64,000 nucleotides of DNA from Bigelowiella natans CCMP2755. Lineage: Eukaryota > Protista > Cercozoa. The position numbers and the translations under genes were made by a program. The stretch is taken from the NCBI GenBank assembly GCA_000320545.1, contig ADNK01000870.1:62001-126000 (forward strand), written 5' to 3'. Of this stretch, positions 56,884 through 64,000 are shown piece after piece. The notes beneath the pieces are model-generated. The model did no database searches and was not told where the DNA came from. It worked only from the letters and a program-made list of their open reading frames with translations. Position 1 is the stretch's first letter; every line of letters begins with the position of its first letter.

Positions 56884-58395
56884 TCACTTGTTCCGACGGC
56901 CACGAGTTATAATTTCGACATTAAGGAGAATGTTTCTAGAAGGAATAAGCCGTACATGACAACATTAGAGAAGGATAAGTAAATAGAACAGTAGATAACA
57001 CCTACCCAGATGTCTCCGTGAACAACCTACACCTTTCACTCTACATAGATGAAGGAAAATTCAATATAGTCAATGTCGATGCCGAGATTGGTGGTTAGTT
57101 ATTTTATCTTTCACAAGAGATAGAAAACTCATTTCTGAAAAAATCAAGTCGAAGCACATACGGCTGCCTTCTTGAACACAACATCCTTATCCACCAATTG
57201 AGGACGAGGGCCAAGAAAGTAGGCTGAAGTTTGTCGGGGTAAGAATCAATTCAAATTTCTAATAAAAGGAGCAATGATCCAGGGAACATAGTCGCAATAT
57301 GCTATCCCATGAAAGAGAAGTTATAAAACCCCCACCTAGAACTTCTTCCTTTGGTGTTCCACTCGGTCTAAATGTAACAACAACAACAATGACAATTGAA
57401 GAGGTCGCCGGCACATCATGCATCATTAAGTGTTAAAATATTGTACATGGACCGTGCACAACAAGGGAAAGTTACTACCTCCATATTGGGCACTTGATTT
57501 CGTGGGATCCAGGAGTCCGGGGTACATATGTCATACCATAACCGCCTAAAACATCCATGGAGATACTGTAAATAATTTCATGGTGATGATCAATACATAA
57601 TGACTATCCTTATCGTCATCATCGCTTTTCATTTTCACCAAAATCATCCTGCTTCATTAAAATCATCGTGTTTCGCTATCATCATCATCATCATCATCAT
57701 CATCATCGTGCTTCTGGAAAAAAAACGTTTACAGAGAATTTTCCCGCCTGTGTTATCTAACGTCCAGACTTCAATTTTAAGAGATGGCCATCCTTGCATA
57801 CTCTATATATTGTCACAATTTCAGCATGTCCCAGCCCCAACCATTTTTTTTTGGTGAGCACATGATGACCTTCATGAAGTAATGCAGATCGATCGGATGA
57901 TTCCAAACGAACTCTTTTGAACCCTGTGAACAAAACGACATGATTTTTAACTAAGGAAATGTACTTTAAATTCCGATGAATTAAAGCTGCGTCCACTTAG
58001 TGAGCAACCGCTTGTGGATAGTCGACTTGCGTTTGACCCTTCTCTTTCCCCCCGACGCACTCGAAATGTTTACCCTAAGTGTAATACACAATAAGGTAAA
58101 CACAAGGATCTTGAGAATCTATAACTCTGGTTTAAGAGTTTGATTTGGACATGTTATTTTGCATTGCAAAATAGAATCGTTTCTTTGTAACAACGGTCCT
58201 GCTAGGTGTAACCACTTTCAAAAGTCGGATGAGTCTCAGTCCCATGACTTTACGACTAGCAGCGAAGAAGTACTTTTTAAACGTATTCACCTTTTCAAAT
58301 TGAAATTGGCAAAAGAGGTTGCCAAGAGAACTGAATCCCCGAGCACCTTTGAGCTCTCCAAGAACGTGCAGCTCCTGCTCACCGACAGTTGCCAT
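56884..58395 (-). CDS. B9D2: B9 domain-containing protein 2 (ciliary transition zone)
   Basis: ELHVLGELKGARGF..LFC, GQTQVD, VWNHPIDLHY, QGWPSL, GYG..YVP.TPG.H...CPIWRP. Confidence 0.9.
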
Positions 58396-58767
58396 TGGAA
58401 ACTGAGTCTGTTTTCCGCTGAGAGTGTTGTGCGTCTTGATTCTGTTGTTGTCGCTATGGTAAAATATAGGTCTTTTCTTTTATTAGTGGTATCTAGTATG
58501 TCATTGACTACCAACTGTCGCTCATAACAATAATACATGGAACTTGTGCGCTCATCACAGTAGAGGTGCATTCTTCGCACTATTATCCTACGAGTATGAG
58601 AAGGCAGCTGAATGCCAACGCTAAACGCTTCCAGCCAACGAAAAGAGGGATTTTTGAAATTAAAGGGTGAGAAAATGACTAGACCAGTGGCCAGCTTTGT
58701 TTGCTAACTATTACTGGTTAAGAGAAATGACGAGACACCTTTTCGTTTTTTCGGGAATAATGTTCCG

Positions 58768-59428
58768 ATGCAGGGAAATATTGTCAAAAAGCGTCTCATC
58801 GGAGATTGGGGATGCTCTATCAAGGTATGGTTATGACAACGCATCGAAGTTTTGAGGCATCGCAGAGCGCTCACAACAGCGAGAGCATTAACAGTTTCCT
58901 TCTTCTTCTTCTTCCCCTTCTTCATCCATGAAGAGGTATTAACCAAAGTTTATGTTATTAGCTCTATTAGAGACAATGAGGTTATGCAGAAAAATCTGAT
59001 TCGCTATCTCTCCATCGGTGTGAATTCTGTTCTGAGGGACTTGGAGAGGGGTACCAATTTCTTCATTAGTAGGCCAAAATACCGATCGAAATGATAATTT
59101 ATAGGCAAGTTGTCCCTCGTGGTCCTCGCAAAAATAAAGCGAGATTCGTTCTTGCGTCCATTAAGAGTTCTCGCTTGCGTAAAAAAAGTACCGGTTTGTT
59201 CAGTAACAATGTCGAGCTCCAAGCTTGGCAATTGCATTGGACTTCGTAGCGCAACATCTCTTGGATTTAAGGTTGTCATGTGAAGAACGGCTTTGATACG
59301 TCTGAATATTTTTTTTACAGACTGAAAGTATAGATGGAACTGGTAGAAACCCATTGGACAGCCTCATTGAGCAACTACAGAAACATTCAGTCATCTTGTC
59401 TGATTCGAGACTAAAGAGTGATGAATAA
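58768..59428 (+). CDS. L7Ae-family protein, RNase P/MRP p38 (Pop3)-like (start uncertain)
   Basis: Exons LSIGVNSVLRDLER|GKLSLVVLAK...KKVPVC...KLGNCIGLRSATSLGFK|TESID...*. Confidence 0.6.
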
Positions 59429-59794
59429 ACCATGCAGGATAGACTGTAGGCACATATTTAGCGAGCACTCCAGTATATGGCATTTTTAACCTTATACGAA
59501 AATGTGTACATATATGTGGATATAATTATGAATATACTTGTAGCAGCTACAGATGAACTCCTTATTTTTTGCATGCATAAGAATGTACGTACGTATGCCA
59601 CAGACACAACTGCTACGATCGCAAAGCTAACAAGACATGAGCTGCTACGATCGCAAAGCTAGCAAGACATGTCTAGATGTAGCGAAGTTAGCTTTATTTA
59701 TTATGCGATAGCCTGCAAGTGATGCATGCATGTGTACATGCTGTGTACTAACGATCGAAGCAAACATACAAACATGACATTGGCGCTAGCTGCA

Positions 59795-59887
59795 GCCGTC
59801 GCTCTGCATGTGTAGCTAGCTAGCTAGATTGCTACGCTAGGATGATGACCATTGAAAAAATGTCATCATTGCGTTACATCCGTCTCG
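59795..59887 (+). repeat. Dispersed repeat copy
   Basis: gccgtcgctctgca...gctacgctaggatgatgaccattgaaaaaatgtcatcattgcgttacatccgtctcg. Confidence 0.75.
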
Positions 59888-60085
59888 CAAATACCAGCTT
59901 ACACAAGCAAGTACGCACTACATACAGCACTAGAGCATAGCGCAGGCGATGCTAGCTAGCTAGCTAGCTAGGATGTGTCATGCATGCGCGCATGCAATGC
60001 ATAGCTTTTGCTATCCATGCATGCACATATGCTGCTATGTGCTAGCAGGCGCATGATTGCTACGTACAGCTACAGACTATGCTAT

Positions 60086-60142
60086 GCAGCATTTAGGATG
60101 GCCATTTTAAAAATGTCATATAATTTCATTACATCTGTCTCA
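60086..60142 (+). repeat. Dispersed repeat copy
   Basis: catttaggatggccattttaaaaatgtcatataatttcattacatctgtctca. Confidence 0.72.
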
Positions 60143-60609
60143 TGCGCACATTATCACTGCATGACGACATGCACTAGTGCGGCTGCTAGCATAGCTCTAA
60201 CGTACACAACTGCGAACGTGTGCGCGTTATGCTAGCAGTCAGCGCGCCTCCCGCTAGCATGGTACAGCATATATATAGCTGCAACTGCGAGCATGTCTAG
60301 ATCTAGAGATGTCTACAGCTGCGCATGCCTATTATTTTAGGCAGCATGATGATTATCGATCGCAGCAGCACAACTGCCATTATGTATCTAGCCAGATATG
60401 TGCTCATCAATGTGTCCAACGGTGTACATCTAGACATGGAGATTGCATACATATAACCGTACATAAACACGGAAGCACTTCCTTCTTCTCGATCCATTGA
60501 TAATTCATCGAGGTGGTCTAGTACCATTTCGTTTAAAGCCACAAACCAACCCCAACCGAAAATCCCCATATAACAACGAATCACAACAGACTTATCCATG
60601 ATATCAGCT

Positions 60610-62828
60610 TCAGGACACCGGATTCTTACACAAGGGACACTTTGTATTTCCTTCGAGCCATTTATCGATACAAGCCTGATAAAAGATCACGATAACAAAG
60701 CGTCAACATACCAATTTACTGTTACAACGTACATCTACGCATATACATATACATTAACATAACATGTATTTGGTATTTTTTATTGTGTTCTTATGTTTGG
60801 GTATTCTTTGTCCTAAAAACTAAAAAAGTGATGAAGTGTTCTTCAATTCTTTCGTACAACCAGCTTAACTGCTAACGTACAAGCTATTACTCATTTTAGT
60901 GAGATACCTTATGGTAGAAGTGGAAACAGGGTAAAGTGCGAAGCTCATCACCATCTTTGTACTCTTCGAGACAAATCATGCACCTGGAAGGGCGATCAGT
61001 TACAGATTGACCAGTTTACATGCGAAAAGTAATGGTGCCTCACTGCGTGAATTCGCTCTTTTCTAATTTGGATCCAGCCTCCTTTCCACTAAAATGTAAG
61101 TTAGGAGAGCTTTAGGACGGTTTCTATTCTTATTGAAAAATATTTGCATCGTACTCATCATTTTTCTTGTAAACCCTGGTGGGCAGAGACTGGATGACTG
61201 TTTGCGGTACTCCCTTCAATTAGAAAACAAGTTATCCCTGTATTTCATTCTATACGAAGTTGCTTGTGAGCGATAATTTACCTGCGGTATTGGTTGTTGT
61301 CGAAGAAGTTGAGCCAATGATTGATTCATTGACTGTTGTGGGATGTAGGGCAGCCTTGCAAGTTGGTTGTGCAACTGCTCCACCAACGCCCGATTAGGAT
61401 CGTTTGCCGGCATCATACGAAGGGTGTTTTGTAGCCTCATACGGAGATACTCTGGCGAAGTCCGTCCTCGTTGCCACAAGCCTCCGGATTCTTGTTGTTG
61501 TAACCTCCTAGCCATCTCTTCATCTCTCTCCATCTGTTGCCTCTTGATGTCTTCCGCTTTAATGGCTCCACCCCCTGCATAAAGCTCTGTTTCGTTTGTT
61601 ACTACACCTTCTTTAGGTTCAGCGCCAACAACTTTAAAGTCGACCCCGTCTATCTTAAACTCCAGTCCCTCCGATAAGAAGACTTGTCGTCCGCTGAAAT
61701 AAGTCTTCAAGTACTTGTCAAAGGTGGCCTTCTCATCAATATCTTTCTCACTATTTGGTAGTGATTCATAGATCGGTAAGATATGAACTTTCTTCAGATC
61801 CTCAATCGGCGGACCGCTACTGTATATATTTGTTTCTCGAGTAACCCTCCCATCTATGGGATCCGCCTGCCGAACGTGAAACTGAATGCCACCTGAAGTG
61901 AAATTCTGTCCCTGCCTGATGTGCCTTTCTTCCTGTGTGAAGTAAGGTCTGATGTGATTATCGAATAGTTTGGCCTCATTTGGAGCGGAAGGCGGCAAGC
62001 TTGCCTTCAAAGGCAGCACATGAATCCTCCTCATCTCCCGTAAAGCTGACAGAGGAGGATGAGATACGGCAACTTTTGTTGCTGCATGGGCTATTCCTCT
62101 CGGAGGCTTGCAAGCAACCACCTCAAAATCGACCTCCTTGATCTGCAATCGGGTTCCTAAAGGAAGAGCAACCCCAAAACAATCCAAATTATACTCATTT
62201 GCAGACGATGTTATTTAGGATTGCTGAGATAGCGGAAAAGAGATTCTGACCTATTTCGAACACGGTTGGTGTTCGAAGGCTTTGTAGGTGCGGAACAATG
62301 TAATTGTTGACCAGGTCGTTGTCTTGACTGGGTGATGAATCACTAAACTTTATGTCTTCCGGTAATGTTTCTTCATAAGGCCGCAATGATATTCTGGAAA
62401 CAGTTTCCACGTAAATAGGAACAATGCAACATGTTAACCAAGAAATGACCAAGTTTTTATGTTAAATTCTTCTCAAAAACTTTTTCAAATTGAACATGGT
62501 TGTACCTTTCTAGGTTGGGTAGGAAATTCTTTGAGTTCTGCCCTCCAGAATCTTTCCCATCTGCAAGATCCGCCCTATTTCTCCCTCTCGAATTTGTAGT
62601 TTTCTCTTCTCCAGTTTCAGGCCAAAACCTATCACATGCAATATTTAAAAGAAGCGAATGAAGAAAGTCTCGATGTAATATCATTCTTAGTCCCCCTCAT
62701 TTAAATCCAACGACTTACCCAATAAATCCACAACGGGGACACTCATCACTTGGTGATTTATGTTTGTCCTTGTCAATATATGCCCCGCAGTTCGGACACT
62801 GCAGCTGGATGCTCGTTTTCGAGCCCAT
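60610..62828 (-). CDS. RING-H2 E3 ligase with myristoylation motif, zinc ribbon, three CDC48 domain-2-like repeats and an MIU-like motif
   Basis: MGSKTS; CPNC..CPRC; repeats of the form [36 protein letters not shown]; [12 protein letters not shown]; [17 protein letters not shown]|ACIDKWL..CPLCK. Confidence 0.82.
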
Positions 62829-63012
62829 AACTTTTGTAGATCTAAGACTTTTCAGGAACTCGTATTTTCACGCAATGCTCGAGCTTAAAGGACGCAAGCG
62901 GAGCCTTCCTTCCTTCTATTATCGTTTTTATGAGCTTGCGTTATGTCTACGTGTTTGTGCGTGTTAGGGAATCTATTCGCTTGACTGACTGTGCCACCCG
63001 TAAGCTTTCTCT

Positions 63013-63052
<40 letters not shown>

Positions 63053-63580
63053 AAGCGAAGAAGATTTCTTTCTGTGTTTACTAGATCTAGTAGTACACAC
63101 AACATCTAGGCTTTATCTCCTGTCTCTCTCTCGTTCCATATGTCGCACTCTCTCTTTCTCTCTTCCTGTCTCTCTCCATTTTCTTGTTGCATTTTAGCAG
63201 ACAATTATGGTTTTTCTACCCAAATTCTGCCAAAATTCTGTCCTGATCTCTTCCGGGAGCACGTAGACTTTTTACCCTGAACTTACAGGCGAAGCATTTG
63301 TCGCACCTTCAAAAGAGTGGTTAAAAACAGCCAGGAAATTCTTTCTCGGCACTCCGCTTCGAAATTGCGCGGCATTGCTCTACTTCAAAAGATCCGCTTT
63401 CCCGGTTTTATTCATAAAACTGTATAAATAAGAACTGTTTGCAGTATATATTTGGCATATGTAGGAATATATGAGTTAAATGGCGTGATTTCTCTACTTC
63501 CTAGTCAGTGGGAAAGGCTCTCGTGCTGCCTGAATCTTCGAAAGGGAGGACAGACAGTTTGAAGACACCATCTCGTCATC

Positions 63581-64000
63581 ATGGACAAGGTAGTACGATG
63601 GCGAATATGGTAGGGGAAAAATAACGAATGATATTATTACAATTAGGAATACGATTTCATAGTGCTAGGAACTGGACTAAAGGAGTGCATCCTTTCCGGG
63701 CTGCTCTCAACAAATGGATACAGCGTGTTGCACATGGACAAACGTGCCTATTACGGGGGTGAATCTGCATCGCTAAACCTCAACGATCTGTTTAAAAAAT
63801 TTGAAGGCCTTGAAAAGGCACCTGAGGATGCTAAGCTGGGAAGCTCGCGTGATTACTGTGTCGACCTGTGCCCAAAGCTACTAATGGCAGACGGTGTTGA
63901 CATTTATGGAAATCGTTTTCCTCGTGCTGAGATTCTATGATAATTAGGTGATCTTGTCAAGATTCTTCTTTCCACGAAAGTAACGCGTTACTTGGAATTT
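63581..64000 (+). CDS. GDI1: Rab GDP dissociation inhibitor (3'-partial)
   Basis: MDK|[54 protein letters not shown]|DLVKILL. Confidence 0.95.

Larger units (their letters stand above)
59560..60480. other. CTAG/CATG-rich island containing two dispersed-repeat copies
   Basis: (TAGC)n runs, catg/tgca-rich; between convergent genes. Confidence 0.7.

Overview
Gene-dense eukaryotic (protist) nuclear DNA with spliceosomal GT-AG introns. Two N-termini look like signal peptide plus transit peptide, suggesting an alga with a complex plastid, possibly a chlorarachniophyte (inference). Manual splicing supports about 19 protein genes: TRIM-like coiled-coil/repeat protein, PUB-like protein, hypothetical protein, folB, UBA1, J-domain+2xCUE, DnaJA, SPRYD7, JMJD5-like, CCCH-SAM, VPS26C, SAM-kinesin-13, FHA-PNKP-TDP1 fusion, putative plastid protein, Kv channel, B9D2, RPP38-like, 3xCDC48_2-RING E3 and Rab GDI (partial). 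Highlights: (1) one spliced frame joins PNKP phosphatase and kinase to TDP1, consecutive enzymes of topoisomerase-I break repair; (2) genes sit mostly in head-to-head pairs, and every gap containing a gene 3' end carries an island depleted of TpA except in CTAG, often edged by an oriented ~60-bp repeat, suggesting a region-targeted mutational or epigenetic process; (3) several unusual ubiquitin/p97-related domain architectures. All exon models and domain calls were read by eye and are not validated by RNA data or database searches.
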